Source: Thermoplasmata archaeon (lineage in GTDB: Archaea; Thermoplasmatota; Thermoplasmata; Lutacidiplasmatales; UBA184). From it: DNA of 64,000 bases. The first letter of the stretch is position 1, and each line of letters opens with the position of its first letter. Positions 17,485 to 27,098 of this stretch are shown one piece after another. A program made the translations under genes and the position numbers. The notes below the pieces were generated by a model that worked only from the letters and a program-made list of their open reading frames with translations, did no database searches and had not been told where the DNA came from. The stretch covers positions 26,270 to 90,269 of the forward strand of contig JAKIVR010000001.1 of the NCBI GenBank assembly GCA_022750455.1. Reading direction: 5' to 3'.

Positions 17485-17528
17485 GTGTGGCGACCTCACC
17501 GACGAGACAGAAGCCCATGTATTTGAAT

Positions 17529-18797
17529 TTACTGACGGAGTTCCGACGTGAAAACGAACTTTCCCTGACGATAAACTTCGACCGGATCGACCCCAATGCG
17601 GCCGGCGATCTCCGCGGCGTGGTGGAGGTCGAACACCGCGAGATCGGCCGGTCCACCGACGGTAATCCGCCCCGATCCGTCGGCGAGGCGGAGGGCGTGG
17701 GCCGCGTTCACCGTCGAGGCGGTGAGCGCCTCCTCGGGCGTCAACCGGGCCGAGTGCACCGCGTGGGCGATCACGAGCGGCATCGACTCGACGTACGAGT
17801 TCGGGGAGAGGTCGGTCCCGAGGGCGACGGCGACCCCGGCCCGGACGAACTCCCGACCCGGGACGGGCCGGTCGACCAGCGTGGCGAACGGCGTCAAGGG
17901 CAGGAGGACGGCGACGACGCCCGCCTTCGCGAGGCGTTGCCGGTCGGCGGCCGGCGTCTGCAGGAGGTGTTCAGCGGAGACGGCCCCGATCTCGGCCGCG
18001 AGCCGTCCGCCGCCCGAGGCGACGAACTCGTCGGCGTGGATTTTCGTGCCGAGGCCGAGCTGCTGCGCGGCTCGCAGGATCCGCCGCGCCGCCGGGACGG
18101 AGAAGAACCCCGGCTCGCAGAAGACGTCGCAGAATCGGGCGAGATGGGCGGAGGCGATGGTGGGAAGGCTGTGGCGGACGATCTCATCGACATACGCCGT
18201 GGCCCGTCCCCGGGCTTCGCGGGGCACGGCGTGCGCCCCGAGGTACGTCGGCACGATGGTCATCGGCTCGGTGGCTTGGAGCTGACGCAACAGACGCAGC
18301 AGACGGAGCTCCCCGCGGGGTTCGAGGGCGTACCCGGTCTTGATCTCGACCGTCGTCGTCCCGTGGCGGCGCAATCGGGCGAGGCGTCCTCGGGCGTCCC
18401 GGAGGAGCTGCGCGCTCGACGCCTTCCGGGTCGCTCGGACGGTGGAGAAGATGCCGCCGCCCGAGGCGGCGATCGATCGGTACGACTCCCCGCGCAGCTT
18501 GCGGCCGATCTCCCGATGCCGGTCCCCGGCGAAGAGGAGGTGGGTGTGGGCGTCGACGAATCCCGGGACGACCAGCCGGCCCTCGAGGTCGTGAGTGCGA
18601 CCGCCGCGCCGCAGCCGGACGGCGGAGCGCGCCTTCCGGGTCGGTCCGATCCAGACGATGCGCCCTCCGTCGACGGCCACGGCGGCCTCCGTCTGCAGAC
18701 CGAGCTCCGACATCGCCGGGCCGCACCGGGGCACCGGACCGCGGTCCAGGGTGGCGAGCTCGCCGATGTGGGTGAGGAGCAGGTCGGCGCGGATCAC
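17529..18797 (-). CDS. hutI: Imidazolonepropionase
   Basis: The run VPGFVDAHTHLLFAGDRHREIGRKLRGESYRSIAASGGGIFSTVRATRKAS...GTTTVEIKTGYAL...YLGAHAVP closely matches HutI conserved blocks. GTG start at VIRADLLL preceded by GGTGA. The 60-aa Gly/Pro-rich N-terminus in the track ORF is spurious. Confidence 0.8.
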   Translation of the reverse strand: MIRADLLLTHIGELATLDRGPVPRCGPAMSELGLQTEAAVAVDGGRIVWIGPTRKARSAVRLRRGGRTHDLEGRLVVPGFVDAHTHLLFAGDRHREIGRKLRGESYRSIAASGGGIFSTVRATRKASSAQLLRDARGRLARLRRHGTTTVEIKTGYALEPRGELRLLRLLRQLQATEPMTIVPTYLGAHAVPREARGRATAYVDEIVRHSLPTIASAHLARFCDVFCEPGFFSVPAARRILRAAQQLGLGTKIHADEFVASGGGRLAAEIGAVSAEHLLQTPAADRQRLAKAGVVAVLLPLTPFATLVDRPVPGREFVRAGVAVALGTDLSPNSYVESMPLVIAHAVHSARLTPEEALTASTVNAAHALRLADGSGRITVGGPADLAVFDLHHAAEIAGRIGVDPVEVYRQGKFVFTSELRQ

Positions 18798-19696
18798 GAG
18801 GTTCTCACCAGGTGCTCCATCAGGTCCCGCGCGGCCCGGCTCGCCGGGAACACCGCTCGGGCCTCGGCCTCCAACGGCTCCGGGTCCTTGTACCGGGAGG
18901 AGAAGTGGGTCAGGAACAGCTCCCCGACCTCCGCGTCCCGGGCGAGGGTCGCGGCCTGGCGAGCGGAGGAGTGGCCCCACTTGTTCGCCTCCGCCTCGAT
19001 CTCCTGGGAGGTCGTCGCCTCGTGGATGAAGACGGTCGATTTCGTAGCGAGCTTACCGATCCTCTCCGAGGGCGCGCTGTCGCCGGAGTAGACGATGCTG
19101 CGCCCGGCCCGGGGGGGTCCCATGACGTCCTCGGGGTGGATCTTCTGACCGCCGATCGTCACCGGCTCCCCCGCTTCGAGGCGGCGGAAATCCGGCCCTC
19201 GCACCCCGAGCCCGTGCGCCTTCCCGGCGTCGAATCGCCCGCGCTTGGCCCCTTCCTCGAGGCGGTACGCCAACGAGGGCACCGGGTGGTCCGCGACTTC
19301 GGTGCGCACGGTGTACCCCTCGAACCCCAGGTTCTCCCCCGGGTTCAGGGCGTGGACCGTCACCGGGAAGCGGAGCGTGAAGTACCCGAGGTGGAGCACC
19401 CGGTCCACGATATCCTTCGCATCCGCCGGGCCGTAGATGTCGAGGGGGCCTTCCCGGTTGTTGAGGCACATCGACTGGATCAGTCCGGGCAGGCCGAGGA
19501 AATGGTCCCCGTGGAAATGGGTGAGGAAGATGCGCCGGACCCGCATGAACGACTCCGAGGAGGAGAACAGCTGGCGCTGGGTCCCCTCCCCGCAGTCGAG
19601 GAGGACGAGCTCGCTCTCCAGATCGGCGGCGATGGCGCTCGCGTTCCGATCCTTCGTCGGCCATGAGCCAGCGGTGCCGAGGAAGGTGACCCGCAT
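18794..19696 (-). CDS. rnz: Ribonuclease Z (tRNA 3' endonuclease), short form
   Basis: MRVTFLGTAGSWPT..., HFHGDH metallo-beta-lactamase motif, and about 300 aa. The ATG sits 196 codons inside the track ORF, and the 3' end overlaps the hutI start by 4 nt. Confidence 0.8.
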   Translation of the reverse strand: MRVTFLGTAGSWPTKDRNASAIAADLESELVLLDCGEGTQRQLFSSSESFMRVRRIFLTHFHGDHFLGLPGLIQSMCLNNREGPLDIYGPADAKDIVDRVLHLGYFTLRFPVTVHALNPGENLGFEGYTVRTEVADHPVPSLAYRLEEGAKRGRFDAGKAHGLGVRGPDFRRLEAGEPVTIGGQKIHPEDVMGPPRAGRSIVYSGDSAPSERIGKLATKSTVFIHEATTSQEIEAEANKWGHSSARQAATLARDAEVGELFLTHFSSRYKDPEPLEAEARAVFPASRAARDLMEHLVRTS

Positions 19697-19764
19697 GGAA
19701 ACTCCACCAGATGGTCGGGTTATTAGATGGGGCCGGCCGCCACGGACCGGCCCCGTTCGCGGCC

Positions 19765-20478
19765 CTACTTCTTCGGCTTTGAGTACGGCTGCTTCGACGC
19801 GGCGCGGCGGCGGGTCATCTCGGTCCCCACGAGGTCGTTCGCTCGCTTGATCTTGTGCAGCTCCTGGACGAACGTCTCCAGGTGGTCGCCCCGGATCCCG
19901 ACGAGGAACCGGTCGTCGCCCATCTGGCTGTAGACCCGGGAGCCGATGCAGCCGACCGAGTACGCGACCGGGGCCCCGGCATTGAGGATCGGCATGATCG
20001 CGCACATCGGGCGCCCGTTCACTGGGGCCTTGAAGTGAGCCGCCTCCAACGCGAGCATCGCCGACTTCGGCTTCGCAAAGATTAGCACATTGGTCGGGGC
20101 CATCGGGAGAGAGCCGAGCGGCCCATACGCGACGAACTTGGGGGCCTTCGCATTGTGCGGGACCCGCGCCTCCTCCCCGGCTTCCAGGTAGCCTTCCTTC
20201 TGCATCATCCCGATCGTGCCCATCAGCCGCTCGCCGAGCGGGCCTTCGGGAGGGATCCCCATCACGAACGCCCCGATCTCGCACTCCTCGTGCGCCTTCG
20301 ATCCGGCGAAGAACGGGTGGTCCTGCCCTTCGGCGAAGAACGAGCAGACGGAGGGCACCCCGGGGGCGTGCTCCGGGACCCCGGCGGGAGGGGCCTCCAA
20401 GTACGACACCTGCACGGGGGGTTGGTCCAGTTCCAGCGCTTGGGTCAGCTCGTGAGATACCTTCGTCCAGTCGGTCAT
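19765..20478 (-). CDS. DUF169 family protein
   Basis: 237 aa with conserved Cys/His pattern (SVCSFFAEG...HEECEIGAFVMG...PMCAIMPILNAGAPVAYSVGCIGSR), consistent with the DUF169 (COG2043) family. Confidence 0.5.
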   Translation of the reverse strand: MTDWTKVSHELTQALELDQPPVQVSYLEAPPAGVPEHAPGVPSVCSFFAEGQDHPFFAGSKAHEECEIGAFVMGIPPEGPLGERLMGTIGMMQKEGYLEAGEEARVPHNAKAPKFVAYGPLGSLPMAPTNVLIFAKPKSAMLALEAAHFKAPVNGRPMCAIMPILNAGAPVAYSVGCIGSRVYSQMGDDRFLVGIRGDHLETFVQELHKIKRANDLVGTEMTRRRAASKQPYSKPKK

Positions 20479-20559
20479 GATGCTCTGAGCCCCGACGCCC
20501 CCGGACTAGTCAACCTTTCCGAGCGGTTCTCTCGGCGGCAGGGAGCGCGCCAAAACGTC

Positions 20560-20580
20560 ACCCCCGCCTTATATACCGGA
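20560..20580 (+). promoter_or_regulatory. Archaeal TATA box (TTATATA) for the atpKEC transcript
   Basis: CCCCCGCCTTATATACCGG lies about 38 nt upstream of the atpK ATG, in the only AT-rich patch of a 130-bp intergenic region. Confidence 0.55.
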
Positions 20581-20612
20581 CCATTCTGCGCACCGCTCGG
20601 AAGGGTCTGAGG

Positions 20613-20843
20613 ATGGCAGTAGACATCGGGTCGGCCATACTGGCAGTTGCCGCGGGGATCGCCATCGCCGGGGGTCTCATCGGGACGGGGGTCGCCCAGT
20701 CCGGGATCGGCGCCGCCGGGATGGGGATCATCGCGGAGAAGCGGGAGAAGTTCGGGCAAGTGCTCGTCTTCTTCGTCATTCCCGAAACCTTGTGGATCAT
20801 CGGATTCGTGCTCGGGATCCTCCTGCTCAAGCAGATCCTCTAG
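20613..20843 (+). CDS. atpK: A-type ATP synthase subunit K (proteolipid, c subunit)
   Basis: 76 aa with two TM helices, MAVDIGSAILAVAAGIAIAGGLIGTGVAQSGIGAAGMGIIAEKREKFGQVLVFFVIPETLWIIGFVLGILL; typical proteolipid. Confidence 0.85.
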   Translation: MAVDIGSAILAVAAGIAIAGGLIGTGVAQSGIGAAGMGIIAEKREKFGQVLVFFVIPETLWIIGFVLGILLLKQIL

Positions 20844-20870
20844 GCCGTCTGGGGCGAGTCAGGAGACGCG

Positions 20871-21425
20871 ATGCCGCTGGACCGTCTCGCCGAACAGATC
20901 CAGAGCCAGTCCCGCAAGCAGCTCGCCGACGAGCAGGCCAGGCTCGAGGCGGAGACGCAGCGGATCGCGACGGATCGGGATGCCCGGGTCACCAAGGTCC
21001 GGGACGACATCCTGCGGCAGGCCGACATCGACGCGGCCCGGGAGCGCGGCCAGCGGATTGCCGGTGCCAAGATGCAGGCCAAGAAGCTCGAGTACGAGGC
21101 GGAGGAGAGGGCGCTGGCGCTCTCCCTCGAGAGCGTCCGCCAGCACCTCGCCCAGTTCACCGGGTCGGACGACTACGCGCTCCTGCTCAAGCGGATGTAC
21201 CAGGTCGCCGTCGACCGATTCGGCAAGGACCTCAAGATCACCGGCCGGGCCGAGGACGCCGCCCGGCTGAAGTCGATCGCGGGCAAAGGGTTCCAGGCGA
21301 CGCCGGCCCCGATCCTCGGGGGCCTCATCGCCGAGACCAGCGACGGGTCCCGCCGGCTCGTCCTCTCCTTCGACGAGCTCCTTCGCTACCGAGAGGCCGC
21401 CGTCCGCGACCTGCTCTCGCGCTGA
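20871..21425 (+). CDS. atpE: A-type ATP synthase subunit E
   Basis: 184 aa with a coiled-coil N-terminal half and a globular C-terminus; its position between K and C matches the conserved order. Confidence 0.75.
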   Translation: MPLDRLAEQIQSQSRKQLADEQARLEAETQRIATDRDARVTKVRDDILRQADIDAARERGQRIAGAKMQAKKLEYEAEERALALSLESVRQHLAQFTGSDDYALLLKRMYQVAVDRFGKDLKITGRAEDAARLKSIAGKGFQATPAPILGGLIAETSDGSRRLVLSFDELLRYREAAVRDLLSR

Positions 21426-21435
21426 CGGAGCTTCG

Positions 21436-22512
21436 ATGGCGGGTTCCCCCTATGCGGCCGCCCTCGGCCGGTTCAAGTCGGTCGCCTCCGCGTTCCTGAC
21501 CAAGGAGCAGTTCGCCGGCCTCGTCAACGCCGACGACCTCACGGAGGTCGCCAAGCTCCTGGAGCCGACCCTCTACGGGCCGGAGCTCGCCGCCGCGGCG
21601 GCGACGTACGAGGGGACCGCGCGGTTCGAAGTGGCGATCAACCGGCTCTTCGTACGTCGCAACCGCGAAGTGCTCGAGGCGGCCCCGTTCGCGGGGAAGC
21701 CACTGGTCACCGCGTACCTGCGGCGGTGGGACGTGGAGAACCTGGGAGCCCTGCTCTCCGCGAAGGCCCAGGGGCGCTCGGTCGCCGAGACCGAGTCGTT
21801 CCTCGTCTCCGACCGCTCGATCCCCGCCGGCCTCCTGGCGGGGACGCTGACCCTCGACGACTACCGGCTCCTCCTGCAGCAGCCGACGATCGAGGCGATC
21901 GCCTCCCAGCTCGTCCGCTTCGGGTACGGGGCGCCGTTGCTCCCGCTCCTCGAGGCGTACGAGCGGACACACGATGTCTTCCCGCTCGTGCAGGCGTTGA
22001 CGATCCAGTACTACGCGACCCTCCTCGATTCCGACCGGTTCTTCCAGGGGGACGAGTGGGTCGTCCGGGAGTACCTCCAGGAGGAGATCGACATCCGGAA
22101 CGTCCTCCTCCTCCTGAAGGGAAAGGACGCGGCTCTCCCGCTCGAGACGATCCTCCCCCGGTTCATCCCGGGAGGCACGCTCGGGGCCGCGCTGTTGCCG
22201 GACCTCTATGGGGCCCGGGGGGTGGAGGAGCTCGTGCAGGCCCTCGCCGGGCGGTTCCCCTCGTTGGTGGACGGAGTCGCCCCGTACAAGGCGGAGCGCA
22301 GCCTGGTGCCGTTCGACCTCGCCCTGACCCGGGAGCGCTCCATCCGGGAGCTGCGGCGGCTGCGCAGCTACCCGATGTCGATCTCCGTCCTCTTCTCCCA
22401 GATGCTGCAGTCCGACCTCGAGCGGGCGGACCTGCGGAAGATCGTCTACGGCAAGCAGTACGGGATCGGGGCGGAGACGCTCGGCCCGACGTTGATCGTG
22501 CCCAGCCTCTGA
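21436..22512 (+). CDS. atpC: A-type ATP synthase subunit C
   Basis: 358 aa, alpha-helical, immediately after atpE. Confidence 0.75.
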   Translation: MAGSPYAAALGRFKSVASAFLTKEQFAGLVNADDLTEVAKLLEPTLYGPELAAAAATYEGTARFEVAINRLFVRRNREVLEAAPFAGKPLVTAYLRRWDVENLGALLSAKAQGRSVAETESFLVSDRSIPAGLLAGTLTLDDYRLLLQQPTIEAIASQLVRFGYGAPLLPLLEAYERTHDVFPLVQALTIQYYATLLDSDRFFQGDEWVVREYLQEEIDIRNVLLLLKGKDAALPLETILPRFIPGGTLGAALLPDLYGARGVEELVQALAGRFPSLVDGVAPYKAERSLVPFDLALTRERSIRELRRLRSYPMSISVLFSQMLQSDLERADLRKIVYGKQYGIGAETLGPTLIVPSL

Positions 22513-22534
22513 GCTGTCGCGGTCGGGCGTCCGT

Positions 22535-24511
22535 TCAGGCCGGGACGCCACCGGGTGGGATCGCATCGATCCACGGCCGGGTGTACCGGCGGCCCGAGGC
22601 GAACGGCTGGAACGACTTGCCGCCCCCCTCGTAGTACTTCGAGAAGTGCTCCACGAACAACAGCCGCGCCCCTTGGATCCCCGGCTCGAAGACGCCGACG
22701 ATGAGGTTGAACGTCTGGCCCGCGATCAGGATGAGGAGCCCGAGCACGATCCCGATCGCCTGGATCCCGAGGATGTTGGAACTCGCCGTCTGCTGCGCGA
22801 TGGTGTTGATGACGATCGCCAGGAAGGCGCTGGAGAGGAGGATCCCGACGAGCCGGGTGTACGAGATGATGTGGCTCATCACCTCCAGGATTCCCATGAA
22901 ACCGAACAATCCCTCCCCCACGACGAGCAAGACGATGCCGCCCAGCAGGAGGGCAAGCGGTACTTGGGTGCCCAGCGCCCCGAAGGCGAACGTCCCCCGG
23001 ATGACCGCGAGACCGACGAAGGCGAGCCCCCAGGAGACCCCGATGCCGCCGATGCGCGCGATCATCATGCCCCGGTGGTGGGTGTAGTACGACCGGACGA
23101 TCCCGAGCCCGAAGCCGAGGGTCACCATCGCGAGGCCGATGTAGCCCGAGAGCACCAGGAGCTTCCCGAGGTTCGTGACCGGATCGAAGAACGGAGTGGC
23201 GAACGGAAAGAGCGCGCCGAAGAACCGGTCGTAGTTGAGCCCCACGCCGATCGCGACGATGCAGCCCGGCACGAGCGTCCTCGCCAGCATCTGCATCCCG
23301 CTCGGACCCATGATGCCCGTGACCATGGAGCGGATCCCCTTCGGGAGGTGCCGCCCGCCGGGGAACCCGGCGATCATCCACAGGCAGATCGCAAGGATCG
23401 CGCTGCCGTACCCCCAGTCGCCGAGCATGAACCCGAAGAACACCGGGAAGGCGATCGCGAAGATGAACGTCGGATCCCACTCGGTCCCGACCGGGAGCCC
23501 GAAGAACCGGATGAAGAACTCGTAGGTCCGCACACCGGGCGGGTTGTCGAGCAGCGTCGGAGGCTCCTCGGAGGTCGGGATCGGGTAGATCTCGACGCGG
23601 CCTTGGGCCGCGTTCTGCACGGCCGCCTCGACCCGGGCCCGCGCGCGGACCGGGACCCATCCTTCGAGTGCGAACGTCGAGGCGCCGGAGCCCATCCGTC
23701 CCCACGCCTCGAACTTCCGGTTCTCGATCGTCAACCCCTCCTCGAGGGCGGTGATCCGGGCGTACCAGTACTGGGAGATCCCCCCGAGCCGCCCGTAGAT
23801 CTCGGTCAATCGGGCGTCGATCGCCGACTGCCGGGCGATCAGCCCGGGGCGGGACTCGGCGATGGTGCCGGGGAGGTTGGGGGTCGCCACGAGGCGGACG
23901 CCCGCGGTCTGGGCCGCCCGGGCGACGAACTCCGCGTCCGCGGTCGGAACGGCGACGAGGAAGCGGGACGTCGGACCGGCCGGCCCCGGCACGACCGTGA
24001 GGTTCGGGACCTGGGCGGTGGTGGCCCGGAACCGGGCGACCGACGCCTCGACCCCTTCCCCGAAGAACGCGAGGAGGTGTCGTCCCTGCAAGTACTCGAG
24101 ACGGTCGGTATAGTACGCATGTCGGTCGAGGAGCTCCAGGGTGTCGCGCACCCCTTTGCGTTCCGTAAGAAGCTGGTCCTCCTCCCGCTTCAGCGCCGCG
24201 ACCTCGGCATCGATCGGGACCGCCGCCGCGTCCGCGAGGAGAGCGCCGCGGTTCGGCCAGCTCGCGGGCGGCGCCGCCACGGGGACGGGAGGCAGGGCGG
24301 CACGCAATCCCCGGATGCGGAGCAACGCGGTGGCGGTCGCCCGCTGCGACTCATCGGCGTGCTCGGCCTCCAGCAGCTCGAGCACCTCTTTGCGGATCGG
24401 CTCCAGCTGGACGACGCCGAGATCGTGCAGGGCGGCGACGATTCGCTCCCGGTCCTCCTTGAGGCCAAGAACGCCGATCTTGGTCATCTTGACCGGTCGC
24501 AGGAAGCCCAT
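22535..24511 (-). CDS. atpI: A-type ATP synthase subunit I (a subunit, membrane stator)
   Basis: 658 aa with a hydrophilic coiled N-terminal half and a C-terminal half holding multiple TM helices (FIFAIAFPVFFGFMLGDWGYG..., ILEVMSHIISYTRLVGILLSSAFLA). It converges on atpC with a 22-nt gap. Confidence 0.85.
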   Translation of the reverse strand: MGFLRPVKMTKIGVLGLKEDRERIVAALHDLGVVQLEPIRKEVLELLEAEHADESQRATATALLRIRGLRAALPPVPVAAPPASWPNRGALLADAAAVPIDAEVAALKREEDQLLTERKGVRDTLELLDRHAYYTDRLEYLQGRHLLAFFGEGVEASVARFRATTAQVPNLTVVPGPAGPTSRFLVAVPTADAEFVARAAQTAGVRLVATPNLPGTIAESRPGLIARQSAIDARLTEIYGRLGGISQYWYARITALEEGLTIENRKFEAWGRMGSGASTFALEGWVPVRARARVEAAVQNAAQGRVEIYPIPTSEEPPTLLDNPPGVRTYEFFIRFFGLPVGTEWDPTFIFAIAFPVFFGFMLGDWGYGSAILAICLWMIAGFPGGRHLPKGIRSMVTGIMGPSGMQMLARTLVPGCIVAIGVGLNYDRFFGALFPFATPFFDPVTNLGKLLVLSGYIGLAMVTLGFGLGIVRSYYTHHRGMMIARIGGIGVSWGLAFVGLAVIRGTFAFGALGTQVPLALLLGGIVLLVVGEGLFGFMGILEVMSHIISYTRLVGILLSSAFLAIVINTIAQQTASSNILGIQAIGIVLGLLILIAGQTFNLIVGVFEPGIQGARLLFVEHFSKYYEGGGKSFQPFASGRRYTRPWIDAIPPGGVPA

Positions 24512-24513
24512 CG

Positions 24514-24885
24514 TTACGCACCGGAGAGACCTTCGCCTAGTCCGCCGAAGATGGAGTCGTAGAGAGCGCCCTCGATCTTTTGGATCTCGGCTTCCGTGGA
24601 GGCCCGGACGGCCGCCGCGCGGGCCGTCCCCTCGTCGAGGATGCGGGCGACCTCGGCATCGATCGCCCGGCGAGCGGCGGCGAGCTTCCGGGCCCGCTCC
24701 TCCTCGGCCTCGTGGCGGGCGGCGGCGACCGCCGCTTCGGTCTCCTCCTTCAGGCGTTGGATCCGGGCGGCGACGTCCGCCTGGAGCGAGGCAAGGCGGC
24801 GGGCCGCCTCCTGCTCGACGGCGTGGATGCGCTTGATCGCCTCGAGAGACTCCGGAGCCGGCGTTTGTACGTTCGTTTCGGTCAT
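24514..24885 (-). CDS. atpH: A-type ATP synthase subunit H
   Basis: About 123 aa, Ala/Glu/Arg-rich helical protein (MTETNVQTPAPESLEAIKRIHAVEQEAARR...), immediately upstream of atpI. Confidence 0.65.
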   Translation of the reverse strand: MTETNVQTPAPESLEAIKRIHAVEQEAARRLASLQADVAARIQRLKEETEAAVAAARHEAEEERARKLAAARRAIDAEVARILDEGTARAAAVRASTEAEIQKIEGALYDSIFGGLGEGLSGA

Positions 24886-24996
24886 CGCTAGATCACTCCC
24901 CACCACCACAGGGCCACGAGAAGCACGAGGACGACGGAGACTCGGATCCCCCACAGGACCGCGTAGACGCGGAGCGGGCCCTTCCGCTTCTCCCGG

Positions 24997-25641
24997 TCAA
25001 ATACCCACACCCTGGGCCGCCTCCGCTTCCAGCTTGCGCTTGACCGTCTTCAGCATGGAGAAGGCGTCCCGCTCCAGTTCGTCGAACCGGAACTTGATCA
25101 TCCGCACGATCCCCTCGAGGCGCGGGATCAGAACGTTCTCGATGGCGCTGGCGCGGCGCTTGGTCTTCTCGATCTCCTTGAGGAGCCGGCGCAGCGCGTT
25201 CTCCTTCTCGGCGATGTCGAGGACGATCTGGTAGATCCCTTGGAACTGTCGGATCGACTCGTCGATCGAGGTCGGCAGGTCCAGGAGCTGCGGCGCCGAG
25301 GCGGGAACGTAGGTGCTGACGTCGACGCGCGGCGTCCGCACCCCCATCACATTCCGAGTAGTGACGGTCAGGGGGGCGACCGTCGGCAGCAGCATCGCGA
25401 CGCTCTCGAGCCGGGTCGGCCCTTCCAGCATCTCGGCTTGGCGGATGGACGCGTACCCGCGGACGATCTTCTTCTGCAGGTCGCCCCGGAGTTCCAGCGC
25501 CTGGCGCGAGATCTGGAAGAACTCCGCGATCAGGGCGGAGCGCTTGAGTTTCAGGAGCTTCAGCCCCTTCTTCGCCAGAACAATGCGGCGGCGCGTGCGC
25601 AAGAGCTCGAGGCGGGTCGGTCGGACGTTCTCCTGCGCCAT
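24997..25641 (-). CDS. atpD: A-type ATP synthase subunit D
   Basis: MAQENVRPTRLELLRTRRRIVLAKKGLKLLKLKRSALIAEF is typical of the subunit D N-terminus; 214 aa. Confidence 0.85.
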   Translation of the reverse strand: MAQENVRPTRLELLRTRRRIVLAKKGLKLLKLKRSALIAEFFQISRQALELRGDLQKKIVRGYASIRQAEMLEGPTRLESVAMLLPTVAPLTVTTRNVMGVRTPRVDVSTYVPASAPQLLDLPTSIDESIRQFQGIYQIVLDIAEKENALRRLLKEIEKTKRRASAIENVLIPRLEGIVRMIKFRFDELERDAFSMLKTVKRKLEAEAAQGVGI

Positions 25642-25662
25642 CCCCCCTCGCTCCGCGGGCGC

Positions 25663-27096
25663 CTAGGCCGCCTTTGTGCGCTGGTAGTACTGCTGGATGA
25701 ACTCGGGCTTGAGCCGCTTGAGCTCCGCCTCGGGAAGTTCCGACAGGATCGACCAGCCGATCGCCAAGCTCTCGTCGATGGTCCGGTCCTCGTCCGGACG
25801 CTGGCCCACGAACTCGGCCTCGAACCGGTCCGCGACCTTCAGGTAGATCCGGTCGACCTCGGAAAGGGACTCCTCGCCGACAATGGCGCTCAGCGCGCGC
25901 TGGTCCTTTCCCGTGGCGTACGCCGCGTACAGCTGATCGGCGACGCCCCGGTGGTCGTCGCGCGTCCGGCCCTTCCCGATCCCCTGGTTCATCAGACGCG
26001 AGAGCGAGGTGAGCACGTCGATCGGTGGGTAGATGCCGCGGCGTTGCAGGTCGCGGCTCGCAACGATCTGCCCTTCGGTGATGTACCCCGTCAGGTCCGG
26101 GATCGGGTGGGTGATATCGTCGGCGGGCATCGTCAGGATCGGCAACTGCGTGATCGATCCCTTGCGCCCGTGGATCTTTCCCGCGCGCTCGTACAGCGTC
26201 GCCAGGTCGGTGTACATGTACCCCGGATACCCCCGGCGTCCCGGCACCTCTTCCCGCGCGGCGGCGATCTCCCGGAGCGCCTCGCAGTAGTTCGTCATGT
26301 CCGTCAGCACCACGAGCACGTGCATGTCGCGCTCGTAGGCGAGGAACTCGGCCGTGGTCAGCGCCATCCTCGGCGTGATGATCCGCTCCATCGACGGGTC
26401 GGAGGAGAGGTTCAGGAACACGACGGTGCGCTCGAGCGCCCCGGTCGATTCGAACTCCTTGAGGAAGAAGTTCGCCTCCTCGCTCGTGATCCCCATCGCC
26501 GCGAAGATGACGGCGAAGCTCTCGGAGGAGTTTCGAAGCTTGGCCTGCCGGACGATCTGCGCCGCGATCTGGTTGTGGGGGAGTCCCGCGCCGGAGAAGA
26601 TCGGCAGCTTCTGGCCGCGCACGAGGGTGTTCATCATGTCGATGTTGGTGAGACCTGTCTGGATGAACTCCGAGGGCTCCTCGCGGGAGTACGGGTTCAT
26701 GGCGTTCCCGACGATCTCGAGCTCCTTGTCCGAGATGATCCGGGGACCGCCGTCGCGCGGTTCGCCCAGTCCGTTGAAGACGCGGCCGAGCATCGCGTCC
26801 GAGACGGCGAGGGTGGCGACCTTGCCCATGAACCGGACGGCGGTCGTCTCCACGTCCATGCCCATCGTGGGCCCGAACACCTGGACGATGGCGAGGCCTT
26901 TGCGTGAATCGAGAACCTGGCCTTGCCGTCGCTCTCCATTCGGGAGCGTGATCTCGACGATCTCCCCGTACGCCGCTCGTTCGATGTCGCGAACGAACAG
27001 GAGGGGGCCGGAGATGCGGTCGATGGTGCGGTAGTCGATCGGCATGTCCGACGAGCTGACCGCCCCGGCCGCGGCTTTCGGCTTCGTGCTCGCCAT
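25663..27096 (-). CDS. atpB: A-type ATP synthase subunit B
   Basis: [16 protein letters not shown]..., [33 protein letters not shown]. The MASTKPK start overlaps the atpA stop as ATGA. Confidence 0.9.
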   Translation of the reverse strand: MASTKPKAAAGAVSSSDMPIDYRTIDRISGPLLFVRDIERAAYGEIVEITLPNGERRQGQVLDSRKGLAIVQVFGPTMGMDVETTAVRFMGKVATLAVSDAMLGRVFNGLGEPRDGGPRIISDKELEIVGNAMNPYSREEPSEFIQTGLTNIDMMNTLVRGQKLPIFSGAGLPHNQIAAQIVRQAKLRNSSESFAVIFAAMGITSEEANFFLKEFESTGALERTVVFLNLSSDPSMERIITPRMALTTAEFLAYERDMHVLVVLTDMTNYCEALREIAAAREEVPGRRGYPGYMYTDLATLYERAGKIHGRKGSITQLPILTMPADDITHPIPDLTGYITEGQIVASRDLQRRGIYPPIDVLTSLSRLMNQGIGKGRTRDDHRGVADQLYAAYATGKDQRALSAIVGEESLSEVDRIYLKVADRFEAEFVGQRPDEDRTIDESLAIGWSILSELPEAELKRLKPEFIQQYYQRTKAA

Positions 27097-27098
27097 GA

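Noticed and set aside
22646-24562. 638-aa plus-strand ORF and 419-aa minus-strand ORF across atpI
   Set aside because: Antisense or out-of-frame to the clearly recognisable atpI membrane subunit; composition is dominated by R/D/E/G.
25240-26907. 555-aa plus-strand ORF
   Set aside because: Antisense to atpB and atpD.
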